From the NCBI GenBank assembly GCA_964016885.1, contig OZ024766.1:620001-684000 (forward strand): a DNA stretch of 64,000 nt. The letters are read 5' to 3'. This DNA is from Eledone cirrhosa. Taxonomy: Eukaryota. Under the pieces are notes generated by a model, which saw only the letters and a list, made by a program, of their open reading frames with translations, searched no databases and was not told where the DNA came from. A program made the position numbers and the translations under genes. Numbering within the stretch: the first letter of the stretch is position 1; each line of letters opens with the position of its first letter. Below are positions 1-13,654 of this stretch, one piece after another.

Positions 1-97
1 GTGTATATATATATATATATATACAGTATATGTCTATATATATACATATGTATATATAGATGTGTGTGTGTATATATATATATATATACATGTACAC

Positions 98-134
98 GTA
101 CATACATATATGTATACAGACGTACAGTAAGTAG

Positions 135-175
<41 letters not shown>

Positions 176-392
176 CATGCACACATATATATGTACGTAT
201 GGATTCACCGAACATTTATTATAATGCTCGGTGTGTTTGTAAACAAACATCCCGGGATGTTTGTTTACAAACACACCGAGCATTATAATAAATGTTCGGT
301 GAATCCATACGTACATATATATATGTGTGCATGTATGTATATATATATATATATACATACTACTGTACGTCTGTATACATATATGTATGTAC
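98..392. repeat. Near-perfect palindrome centred on CCCGGG (251-256)
   Basis: ggattcaccgaacatttattataatgctcggtgtgtttgtaaacaaacatccc is immediately followed by its reverse complement. Confidence 0.9.
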
Positions 393-911
393 GTATACAT
401 ACTTATATTTAAGTAACAACCGTACTAAGAGTGGGAAATGAAATTTCGTTTAATTTTTTCCGTTTATATATATATATATATAGTAATAATAATAAATGTG
501 AAGACTAAAATCCAAAGAGGGCTCGATAAGAATAAATATATATCGAATTATACATAAAATAAACACATTGTAACTTATTTCTGCAACGCCAGCTCTAGAT
601 CGAACCTCTTACCTCGTAGATATGTATGTATATGTATATATATATATATAAATATAAAATAAACACATTGTAACTTATTCCTACTACGGCAGTTCGATAT
701 TGAACCTCTCACCTCGTTACGAAACAATAAATACCCATTACTCCTACCAACGAAGCAACCAGAAAACTTGCTGTAAATTTTATATATTTAAAGTATTAAA
801 AACCTTAAATTTATTTATTTAATTATAAATGCGGAAAGTGTAGAGATAGAAGATAAATAAAACTGCAAAATAATCATAATATCCGAGATTGTTTTGAGAA
901 TAATAGTGTAA

Positions 912-1916
912 AATTGACACCGGTTTAGGGGTTTCACGTAACCCTTGCCCTCTAAATATTTAATTATTAGTAATAAAAACACGAATTCCCTTCGTCGTAA
1001 CCGACGGAGTGCCACACTCTCTCTGTAATTACATATATATATGTTAAGTAATTTGTCTTAAATAATTATATATTATAAGAACAGGTTAAAATTTAAGTTA
1101 AGAATCGCTGCTTTCACGCTTAACGTGATTCAATCATCAAACATAAAAAAAGTCAGCTGAAACTTTTTTGCACCCATTTTTGCGATTAAGTAAAGACAGA
1201 GTTATCGTTCTTGAGATTTCGGCTGAGAGAAATCTGGGGAACTGATGTCGCTAAATCGTCAAAGTATTTACCTCTACTGTTGCATCATGGGAGGGTAATG
1301 GCTGAATTTTTTTTTTTAACGACGGCGATTTTTAAAAATTTCTTTCCTCTATCTTGTTCCTTGTTTGTTATTAATAAATAAATATGAAATAATTAATTTA
1401 TTGCACACCTCTCTTTAATCTGAACATCAAGTTACCATGGGAACGAGAGGGCAAGGGTTACGTGGAACCCCTAAACCGGTGTCAATTAATTATTTTATAT
1501 TTATTCATTAATACCAAACAAGGAACAAGATGGGGGGAAAGAAATTAAAAGAACTGCCATCCTTAAAAAAAAAAAAATTCAGCCATTACCCTCCCATGAT
1601 GCAACAGTAGAGGTAAATACTTTGACGATTTAGCGACATCAGTTCCCCAAATTTCTCTCGGCCGAAATCTCAAGAACGATAACTCTGTCTTTACTTAATC
1701 GCAAAAATGGGTGCAAAAAAGTTTCTTGGCTTTTTTTGTTTGATGATTGAATCACGTTAAGCGTGAAAGCAGCGATTCTTAACTTAAATTTTAACCTGTT
1801 CTTATAATATATATATAATATATAATTATTTAAGACAAATTACTTAACATATATATATGTAATTACAGAGAGAGTGTGGCACTCCGTCGGTTACGACGAA
1901 GGGAATTCGTGTTTTT
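912..1916. repeat. Large inverted repeat (about 430-bp arms) with a displaced short segment
   Basis: About 974-1400 is the reverse complement of about 1488-1916; 912-953 is the reverse complement of 1446-1487. Part of it is related to the repeat at about 32200-32350. Confidence 0.85.
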
Positions 1917-2149
1917 ATCTTTGTCAAGGCAGAATTCTAGGAGAAGGAAAACTCTGATATAACATCTGCAACCCTGATGGTATCCAATGATGTTGACTTG
2001 TTCTTCTCTTTGGTAAATATCATCTTGGTTAAGAGAGTGGGACTGGCTTTGTGCAGTGCCTTTGCTCAATATAAAAGCTTCACAGCACAGGCATTGCTTT
2101 TATATCTGGAGATCTCTCTGCACTTGTCGTCACATGGTACCATGGGCCC

Positions 2150-2306
2150 ACCACTATGTGTCAATAATTGTCAGAAGTGTAGTGTTTGTACCAGAGTTTT
2201 CAAGTCGCTGGCTGGACTAAGAAGTCACACTCGTTCAGCGCATCGGTAGGGGTTCTCCTACATGGATATAAAGTAGTGGCGGTACTCGAAAACGAGTTGG
2301 CAGCCA

Positions 2307-2310
<4 letters not shown>
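2150..2310 (+). mobile_element. 3' end of a LINE-like element with a C2H2 zinc finger and (TA)n tail
   Basis: CSVCTRVFKSLAGLRSHTRSAH. The terminal gtactcgaaaacgagttggcagccacc(at)n recurs at about 15465-15495. Confidence 0.55.
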
Positions 2311-2348
<38 letters not shown>

Positions 2349-2815
2349 CTTTGCAGTTAAAATGCCGCAAAGTTAATCCCAACAGAAGTTATTCCCCTTT
2401 GTAATTCTGTATTCTCAGGGGAAATAATTTTGTGTTGTATTTTTCTTCTATATTTCCTTATTTCATCTCTCTTGCTTTCTCTCTTTCTCTGGAAGAAATC
2501 TGCTGTGTTTAAACTTAGAGGGGAGATGGGCCTTGTCAGGCCTTAAAATATGTACATGATACACTATGTTGCTACAGTAGCCCTACATTCTGACAGGGAG
2601 AGGGGGCGCTCTGCCAGGCCTTAAAATATGCTAAAAAAAACACTATATACTTCTACAGTGCCCCTTTATTCAGACAGGGGGGGGGGGGGTGTAGGAGCCT
2701 ACCAGGCTTTAAAATATGCACAAGAACAGTGTACAACTGCTGTGCCCCTGCATTCAGACTTGAAGAGGAAATGGGCCCTGCCATGCCTTAAAATATGCAC
2801 AAGAAATAACGTCAA

Positions 2816-3100
2816 CCACTCTTCAGTGTGGACTGGGTACTTTTTATTGTGACACCTACATGACCACTTTACAGAGTGGACTGGGTACTTTTTGTTGTGA
2901 CACCTACATGACCACTTTACAGTGTGGACTGGGTACATTTTTATTGTGACACCTACATGACCACTTTACAGTGTGGACTGGGTACTTTTTGTTGTGACAC
3001 CTACATGACCACTTTACAGTGTGGACTGGGTACTTTTTATTGTGACACCTACATGACCACTTTACAGAGTGGACTGGGTGCTTTTTTGACACCTCCATGA
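2816..3100. repeat. About 48-bp minisatellite (about 6 copies), same family as 24930-27865
   Basis: Unit gtgacacctacatgaccactttacagtgtggactgggtactttttgtt. Confidence 0.9.
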
Positions 3101-3133
3101 ATCCTAAAAGTGGTTTTTCTCTCAATCTTTCAG

Positions 3134-3209
3134 GGTACAATCATAGCTGACCCTAACTTCAATGCCGATGTTTTGGCTGACCAACTTCAGGAGACTATGA
3201 AAGGACTCG
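3134..3209 (+). CDS. Annexin exon ([26 protein letters not shown])
   Basis: tttcag acceptor, gtatgt donor; start of annexin repeat I. Confidence 0.9.
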
Positions 3210-5195
3210 GTATGTCAACATCCTCATCGTTTTACGTCCGTTCTTCCATGCTAGCATGGGTTTAATGTATTATTTCATTGTTGAATTAGGGCAAAGGTGA
3301 TGCCCTAGAAAGGAACAACACTACAGAGGATTAGAATTAATGGATCAAGTTAGGAAATTAACAGAAAGAGTTATCGCACAGCTAATTAGGGAAATATTCA
3401 AAGTAGATGAGATGCAGTTTGGTTTTATGCCTGGGAAAAGTACTACAGATGCCCTCTTCTTAGTGAGACAACTACAAGAGAAGTTCTTAGTGAGAAGTTC
3501 CTAGCCAAAAATAAACCAGTATATTTAGCTTTTGTTGATCTAGAGAAGGCCTTTGACAGAGTACTTTGATCTATTTTCTGGTGGTCCTTATGGAAATTAG
3601 GTCTAGAAGAATGGTTTGTGAGAGCAATGCAAGCTGTTTACAGAGGAGCTGTCAGTAAAGTGAGAGTAGGGACTGAGTTTAATGGGGAATTGATGGTACA
3701 GGTAAGAGTTCATTAAGGTTTGTTTCTTAGCTCACTGCTGTTCATCATAGTCCTTCAGGCCATAACAGAGGAGTTTAAAATGGGATTCAAACTCTCTCAC
3801 ACGCACAGACAGACGTCCTCAGTTTTATATATATAGATAATTATCTCATGTAATATCGAATCTATGAGATTTTGATGTTATATGTTTTGAGAACAATACC
3901 TCAATGTAGGTATGAGTAGCCAGTTATAGCCGGTTTAAACAGAAAAAAGTGAGAGAGTACTGACCGGATACAGCCGGTTTAAGTGCTAAAGGGTTAATTG
4001 TAAATAGTTAAGACTCTCATCTTGTTCGTTGTCCATTTGTTACAGTCCCTTGTACACTAGAGCCAGTTGATTCGACCTTAAACTATCCAAACAGCGTATC
4101 CCTAGCACTTAACTGATGAGAGGACTAGTACTTAACTGATGAGAGGCCTAGCACTTAACTGATGAGAGGCCTAGCACTTAACTGATGAGAGGACTAGCAC
4201 TTAACTGATGAGAGGACTAGCACTTAACTGATGAGAGGACTAGCACTTAACTGATGAGAGGCCTAGCACTTAACTGATGAGAGGACTAGCACTTAACTGA
4301 TGAGAGGACTAGTACTTAACTGATGAGAGGCCTAGCACTTAACTGATGAGAGGACTAGCACTTAACTGATGAGAGGACTAGCACTTAACTGATGAGAGGC
4401 CTAGCACTTAACTGATGAGAGGACTAGCACTTAACTGATGAGAGGCCTAGCACTTAACTGATGAGAGGACTAGCACTTAACTGATGAGAGGACTAGCACT
4501 TAACTGATGAGAGGACTAGCACTTAACTGATGAGAGGACTATTGTCTCTAATCCGCCATTTTTCTGTCTTTGCCCATATTTTTTTATTTGCTGTGTTTTT
4601 TTTAGGTACAAAAGACAAGAAACTGATTGAGATTCTCACTAGACACACCAACCAACAAAGACAAGAGATTGAGAAGAGTTATAATGAGAGATTAGGGGTA
4701 AGTTATTGTTGTTTAAGTCTAGATTAGAATTGGGGCCCAGAACCCAACGAAACTTGAGGACCTGTTTATGTCACTGTTGTAATTATTTATACTAAACTCG
4801 TCCTATGGACTGAGTGTTCTTACTCTTGGACATTTCCACGTAACTTTTACTTCAGTATATGTATTGAAATATCCGAGAGCCCCAGTAGAGAACTGATGAG
4901 GAAAACTCCCCGTCCCTCGTTCTTGCCTTCTTCTTAATCTCATTCCATTTTTAAGCCTAACTTACTACCAACTACACAGCCATCATATTCTCCATATGGT
5001 ATTTAATTTGTTGGAAGTCCGACAAATATAAATGTTTAAAACTGATTTAGAGCACTCAACAGAAAACTGGAGTATATAGTCAATGATATTAAATAAATGG
5101 TACGTATATTTATGATTAATTAGTTGTTAAAATTCTTTTCTAGTATAGTATTTGCTGTTATAAGTAGATAGAAGAATAGGTTTCCATTTTTTAAT

Positions 5196-5236
<41 letters not shown>

Positions 5237-5371
5237 AACGAGTAGGACCCCGACGGCTGAGCTCAAGCCGTTTCGACGGCTAATTCTAGTTCCTATTTCC
5301 CACTCTACTACCCTAAGTATTGAGTACTTTGGTGCGTTATGGTCCATCTGGTTCCTTACCACATTTCCTTC

Positions 5372-5413
<42 letters not shown>

Positions 5414-5793
5414 AAAGGTAAACAGAAATAACAACAGAATCAGTACAGTATATGGAAGGGATATATTAGGTTAACGCTTGATATAGCAGGAAGAGGGTCT
5501 TAACGTTTCGGACGCTAGTCCTTCATCAGAAGAAAGAATGAGAAATACGATAGATTGAGGGGACGGGCGGGGTTGGAATTGGAAGAAATGTCTTTAGATA
5601 AAAATAACGGGTCCGTTTGTGACATCTGCGTGTAGCTTTATGTCTGCCATTTTTCTGTACAGGTGTTACGTGATGATATGGAGTCTGACCTGAGTGGACA
5701 CTACAAAGACATGTGTTTGTCCTTGCTTGACCCTTTCAGCACATATGACTGTAAAGAGCTGAACAGGGCCGTCAATGTGAGTAGTTCCTCTTG

Positions 5794-5832
<39 letters not shown>

Positions 5833-8800
5833 GTCATCGTAACAATCATCACCAACATCACCATCATCATCATAGCCATCATCATCATCATCATCAACAC
5901 TAGTGGTGCTGGTGGTGGTGGCGGCAGTGTATCGCTACACCACACCACCACCACAACACCACCACCACACCACACTACACCACACAACCACCACCACCAC
6001 ACCACCACCACACCACCACCACACCACCACCACCACCACCACACCACCACCACACCACCACCACCACCACACCACCACCACACCACCACCACACCACCAC
6101 ACCACCACCACCACCACCACCACCACACCACCACCACACCACCACCACACCACCACCACACCACCACCACACCACCACCACACCACACCACCACCACCAC
6201 CACCACCACACCACCACCACACCACCACACCACCACACTACACCACACCACCACCACCACACCACCACCACCACCACACCACCACCACCACACCACCACT
6301 ACACCACCACACCACACAACCACCACCACCACACCACCACCACACCACCACCACCACCACACCACCACCACCACCACACCACCACCACCACACCACCACC
6401 ACACCACCACCACACCACCACCACCACCACACCACCACCACCACCACACCACCACCACCACCACACCACCACCACCACCACCACACCACCACCACACCAC
6501 CACCACACCACCACCACACCACCACCACACCACCACCACACCACCACCACCACCACACCACCACACCACCACCACCACCACCACCACCACACCACCACCA
6601 CACCACCACACCACCACCACACCACCACCACACCACACCACCACCACCACCACCACCACACCACCACCACACCACCACCACACCACCACCACACCACCAC
6701 CACCACCACCACCACCACACCACCACCACACCACCACCACACCACCACCACACCACCACCACACCACCACCACACCACACCACCACCACCACCACCACCA
6801 CACCACCACCACACCACCACACCACCACACTACACCACACCACCACCACCACACCACCACCACCACCACACCACCACCACCACACCACCACTACACCACC
6901 ACACCACACAACCACCACCACCACACCACCACCACACCACCACCACCACCACACCACCACCACCACCACACCACCACCACCACACCACCACCACACCACC
7001 ACCACACCACCACCACCACCACACCACCACCACCACCACCCCACCACCACCACCACACCACCACCACCACCACCACACCACCACCACACCACCACCACAC
7101 CACCACCACACCACCACCACACCACCACCACACCACCACCACCACCACACCACCACACCACCACCACCACCACCACCACCACACCACCACCACACCACCA
7201 CACCACCACCACACCACCACCACACCACACCACCACCACCACCACCACCACACCACCACCACACCACCACCACACCACCACCACACCACCACCACACCAC
7301 CACACCACCACCACACCACCACACCACCACCACACCACCACCACACCACCACCACCACCACACCACCACCACCACCACACCACCACCACCACACCACCAC
7401 CACACCACCACCACCACCACACCACCACCACCACCACACCACCACCACCACCACACCACCACACCACCACCACACCACCACCACACCACCACCACACCAC
7501 CACCACACCACCACCACACCACCACCACCACCACACCACCACACCACCACCACCACCACCACCACCACACCACCACCACACCACCACCACACCACCACCA
7601 CACCACCACACCACCACCACACCACCACCACACCACACCACCACCACCACCACCACCACACCACCACCACACCACCACCACACCACCACCACACCACCAC
7701 CACACCACCACACCACCACCACACCACCACACCACCACCACACCACCACCACACCACCACACCACCACACCACCACCACACTAACACTATCTTTTCCTAC
7801 CTCATCAGAGACTTGGAACAGATGAAAGTACCTTAGTAGAGATCTTATTTACCCCACACCACACCACACCACACCACACCACCACCACCACCACACCACC
7901 ACCACACCACCACACCACCACCACACTAACACTATCTTTTCCTACCTCATCAGAGACTTGGAACAGATGAAAGTACCTTAGTAGAGATCTTATTCACCCG
8001 CAGCAACGCAGAGATTGTAAAGATCAAGGAGGAATATGAACAAAGTAAGTTGTTGTTGTTGTTGTCACTGTTGTTACTGTTTGGAACATAACTTAACAAA
8101 GGTTATGGTGGATTGGCAGTATTGGTAGAGGGTCGGACGCCATGCTTTGACGCATAGAGTTACGGCCCTTGCCATTCTTAGTTCAAATCCCGCCGAGGTT
8201 AACTTTGCCTTTCATCCTTACGGGGGTCGATAAAATAAAGTACCAGTAATACACTGGGGTAATTGCTGGCCTTGTGCCAAAAGTAGAAACAATTATTACG
8301 GGGTCGATAAAATAAAGTACCAGTAATACACTGGGGTAATTGCTGGCCTTGTGCCAAAAGTAGAAACAATTATTATGGGGTCGATAAAATAAAGTACCAG
8401 TAATACACTGGGGTAATTGCTGGCCTTGTGCCAAAAGTAGAAACAGTTATTACGGGGTCGATAAAATAAAGTACCAGTAATACACTGGGGTAATTGCTGG
8501 CCTTGTGCCACATAAAACCATGATAGCTAGTTTTAATTAAATAAAACAGCTCCTCATCATGGTTGCTTTCGTTTCATAGAACTAGGACCAGTTTTTGGTG
8601 AGTTGGTTACCCCCAAAAAAGGGGTTTAGTAACGTTAGTATGACCTCTGGCCCTTCTTCTCTAACCTTTGACACCCCTATTGCAGTGTTTGGCACGACCT
8701 CTGGCCCTTCTTCTCTAACCTTTGACTCCCCTATTGCAGTGTTTGGTACGACCTCTGGCCCTTCTTCTCTAACCTTTGACCCCCCTATTGCAGTGTTCGG

Positions 8801-11526
8801 TACGACCTCTGGCCCTTCTTCTCTAACCTTTGACTCCCCCTATTGCAGTGTTTGGCACGACCTCTGGCCCTTCTTCTCTAACCTTTGACTCCCCTATTGC
8901 AGTGTTTGGCACGACCTCTGGCCCTTCTTCTCTAACCTTTGACCCCCCCTATTGCAGTGTTTGGTACAACCTCTGGCCCTTCTTCTCTAACCTTTGACTC
9001 CCCCTATTGCAGTGTTTGGTACGACCTCTGGCCCTTCTTCTCTAACCTTTGACCCCCCCTATTGCAGTGTTTGGCACGACCTCTGGCCCTTCTTCTCTAA
9101 CCTTTGACTCCCCTATTGCAGTGTTTGGTACAACCTCTGGCCCTTCTTCTCTAACCTTTGACACCCCCCCCCCTATTGCAGTGTTTGGCACAACCTCTGG
9201 CCCTTCTTCTCTAACCTTTGACCCCCGTATTGCAGTGTTTGGCACGACCTCTGGCCCTTCTTCTCTAACCTTTGACTCCCCTATTGCAGTGTTTGGCACG
9301 ACCTCTGGCCCTTCTTCTCTAACCTTTGACTCCCCCTATTGCAGTGTTTGGTACGACCTCTGGCCCTTCTTCTCTAACCTTTGACTCCCCCTATTACAGT
9401 GTTTGGCACGACCTCTGGCCCTTCTTCTCTAACCTTTGACTCCCCCTATTGCAGTGTTCGGTACGACCTCTGGCCCTTCTTCTCTAACCTTTGACCCCCC
9501 CTATTGCAGTGTTCGGTACGACCTCTGGCCCTTCTTCTCTAACCTTTGACTCCCCCTATTGCAGTGTTCGGTACGACCTCTGGCCCTTCTTCTCTAACCT
9601 TTGACTCCCCTATTACAGTGTTCGGTACGACCTCTGGCCCTTCTTCTCTAACCTTTGACTCCCCCTATTGCAGTGTTCGGTACGACCTCTGGCCCTTCTC
9701 TAACCTTTGACTCCCCCTATTGCAGTGTTTGGTACAACCTCTGGCCCTTCTTCTCTAACCTTTGACTCCCCCTATTGCAGTGTTTGGTACAACCTCTGGC
9801 CCTTCTTCTCTAACCTTTGACTCCCCCTATTGCAGTGTTTGGTACAACCTCTGGCCCTTCTTCTCTAACCTTTGACCCCCCTATTGCAGTGTTTGGCACA
9901 ACCTCTGGCCCTTCTTCTCTAACCTTTGACTCCCCCCCCCTATTGCAGTGTTTGGTACAACCTCTGGCCCTTCTTCTCTAACCTTTGAATCCCCCTATTG
10001 CAGTGTTTGGCACAACCTCTGGCCCTTCTTCTCTAACCTTTGACTCCCCCTATTGCAGTGTTTGGCACGACCTCTGGCCCTTCTTCTCTAACCTTTGACT
10101 CCCCCTATTGCAGTGTTTGGTACAACCTCTGGCCCTTCTTCTCTAACCTTTGACTCCCCCTATTGCAGTGTTTGGTACAACCTCTGGCCCTTCTTCTCTA
10201 ACCTTTGACTCCCCCTATTGCAGTGTTTGGTACGACCTCTGGCCCTTCTTCTCTAACCTTTGACTCCCCCTATTACAGTGTTTGGCACGACCTCTGGCCC
10301 TTCTTCTCTAACCTTTGACCCCCCTATTGCAGTGTTCGGTACGACCTCTGGCCCTTCTCTAACCTTTGACCCCCCCTATTGCAGTGTTTGGCACAACCTC
10401 TGGCCCTTCTTCTCTAACCTTTGACCCCCCTATTGCAGTGTTTGGCACAACCTCTGGCCCTTCTTCTCTAACCTTTGACCCCCCCCTATTGCAGTGTTCG
10501 GTACGACCCTTGACATGGACGTAGCTAACGACACCAGTGGTGACTTCTTGGATCTGTTGAAACTACAAATGGAGGCCCAGAGAGATGAAAGCTACAAAGT
10601 GAACAAAGAGATGGCAAGACAGGATGCACAGGAGTTGTACGCTGTGAGTAGTTTGGTGTACAGAGGGAGAGGCTGGGATAGCGATGGTTGGTAGAGGGGG
10701 GGGTGTAGAGGGAATGGGGGGGGTAGAGGGAATGGGGGGTGTGATGGTTGGTAGAGGGAATGGGGGGTGTGATGGTTGGTAGAGGGCATGGGGGGGGGAT
10801 GTGATGGTTGGTAGAGGGAATGGGGGGGGATGTGATGGTTGGTAGAGGGCATGGGGGGTGTGATGGTTGGTAGAGGGAATGGGGGGTGTGATGGTTGGTA
10901 GAGGGCATGGGGGGGGGATGTGATGGTTGGTAGAGGGAATGGGGGGGGATGTGATGGTTGGTAGAGGGCATGGGGGGTGTGATGGTTGGTAGAGGGAATG
11001 GGGGGTGTGATGGTTGGTAGAGGGCATGGGGGGGGGATGTGATGGTTGGTAGAGGGAATGGGGGGGGATGTGATGGTTGGTAGAGGGCATGGGGGGGGGG
11101 GGGGGGGGGGGGTGATGGTTGGTAGAGGGAATGGGGGGTGGAGTGTGATGGTTGGTTGGGGGGGTTAGAGGGAATGGGGGGAGGGCAGGGAATGTGATGG
11201 TTGGTTGAGGGTGGGGTAGAGGGAATGGGGGGCGGGAGGCTGGGATAGAGGGGATGAGGGGCTGGGAGTGTGGAGAGGGAGAGGCTGGGACAGTGATGGT
11301 GGGGTGAGGGTGAGAAAGAGGGAACAGGGGTATATATATATATATATATGTATATGTATATATATATATGTATGTATGTATGTTTATGTATGTGTATATA
11401 TATCTATGTATGAATATGTATGTATGTATGTATGTGTATATATATATATGTATGTATGTATGTTTATGTATGTATGTATGTATGTGTATATATATATATG
11501 TATGTATGTATGTTTATGTATGTGTG

Positions 11527-11559
<33 letters not shown>

Positions 11560-13185
11560 GTATGTGTATATATATGTATGTTTATGTATGTGTATATATA
11601 TGTATGAATATGTATGTGTATATATATCTATGTATGAATATGTATGTATGTATGTATGTGTATATATATATATGTATGTATGTATGTTTATGTATGTGTA
11701 TATGTATGTATGTATGTTTATGTATGTGTATATATATGTATGTATGTGTGTATATATATATATATATATGTATGTATGTGTATATATAAATATGAATATG
11801 TATGTATGTATGTATATATATATATGTATATATATGTATGTATGTGTATATATATATATGTATATATATGTCTCTCTCAACAACAGGCTGGTGAGAAGCG
11901 GTTTGGGACCAGTGAGCGTCGATTCAATAGCATCTTTTGCAGTCGTAGTTTCTTCCACCTGAAACATGTGTGTGAGGACTACACAGAGATTGTAGGGCAC
12001 GATATTGAAGAAGCTGTCAAGAGTGAGACTATGGGGGACCTCAAGTCTGCCTACTTGGATATCGGTAAGGGCTGCATCTTTTCATCATCATTTCGTTTTA
12101 AGTCCGCTTTTTCCCTGCTTTCAAGGGTGGGACGGGAACTGATTCTGGCTTGATCTCTACAGCTGGATGCCCTTCCTAACACCAACCTCATTTACAGTGA
12201 GTGCTGGGTGCTTTTTTTTTCCGTGGCACCTCCACGACCACTTTGCAGTGGAATGATAGGGACCCCAGCCCCTATCATCTCATTTCTACAGCTGGATGCC
12301 CTTCCTAACACCAACCTCATTTACAGTGAGTGCTGGGTGCTTTTTTGCAGTGGAATGATAGGGACCCCAGCCCCTATCATCTCATTTCTACAGCTGGATG
12401 CCCTTCCTAACACCAACCTCATTTACAGTGAGTGCTGGGTGCTTTTTTTTTCCGTGGCACCTCCACAACCACTTTACAGTGGAATGATAGGGACCCCAGT
12501 CCTTATCATCTCATTTCTACAGCTGGATGCCATTCCTAACACCAACCTCATTTACAGTGAGTGCTGGGTGCTTTTTTTTTCCGTGGCACCTCCACAACCA
12601 CTTTACAGTGGAATGATAGGGACCCCAGTCCTTATCATCTCATTTCTACAGCTGGATGCCCTTCCTAACACCAACCTCATTTACAGTGAGTGCTGGGTGC
12701 TTTTTTGCCGTGGCACCTCCACAACCACTTTGCAGTGGAATGATAGGGACCCCAGTCCCTATCATCTCATTTCTGAGTAAACTGGAGCAATGTGAAATAA
12801 AGTGTCTTGCTCAAGGAAACAATACATCACCCGGTCTGAGAATTGAACTCACAACCTTTCGATTGCCAGGCCAATGCTCTAACCACTAAGCCATGTGCCT
12901 CCATATATATATATATTTCCTAAATAACAAATCACACACAAAACGCCAGCACCAACAGTTTTGCAAGAGATGTCAACATGAACGGACCTGTTATTTTTAT
13001 CTAAAGACATTTCTTCCAATTCCATCCCGCCCGTCCCTTCAATCTATCTTATTTTTTCATTCTTTCTTCAGATGAAGGACTAGCGTCCGAAACGTTAAGA
13101 CCCTCTTCCTGCTATATCAAGCGTTAACCTAATATATACCTTCCATATACTCTACCGATTGTGTTGTTATTTCTGTTTACCTTTT

Positions 13186-13227
<42 letters not shown>

Positions 13228-13378
13228 AATTAGTATATCTAGTAACATATATATACACACAGAGGTTCTCTGTACACTTCTTCGGAAAGTATGTTTATTC
13301 CCTTTCAGAAACTAATTAGTTGGGAGTGAAATTTTAGTAAGTAAGTTAATTTTATAATTTTCTTATTTTACGTCTCTC

Positions 13379-13442
<64 letters not shown>

Positions 13443-13613
13443 CTTTCACCGGATTTTTGACTAAAGAAATTTTAGCCTGATAATGGGGTTTATCTGGGGG
13501 TTCTAAACCCCATTATCAGGCTAAAATTTCTTTAGTCAAAAATACAAATACGGTGAAAGCTATTCTATTTTCTAATTTCAAACCTGCTCACTGTTTCAAA
13601 ACATACTTACTTG

Positions 13614-13654
<41 letters not shown>

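Noticed and set aside
1287-1300. ATG GGA GG|gtaatg as the annexin start exon
   Set aside because: It ends in phase 2, whereas the exon at 3134 needs phase 0.
1977-2249. Host C2H2 zinc-finger gene
   Set aside because: A single finger followed by a repeated terminal motif and TA tail; better explained as a LINE 3' end.
5772-7836. Long His/Thr/Pro and Val/Trp/Gly ORFs (up to 681 aa)
   Set aside because: Stop-free translation of a (CAC)n microsatellite in an annexin intron, open in nearly all frames.
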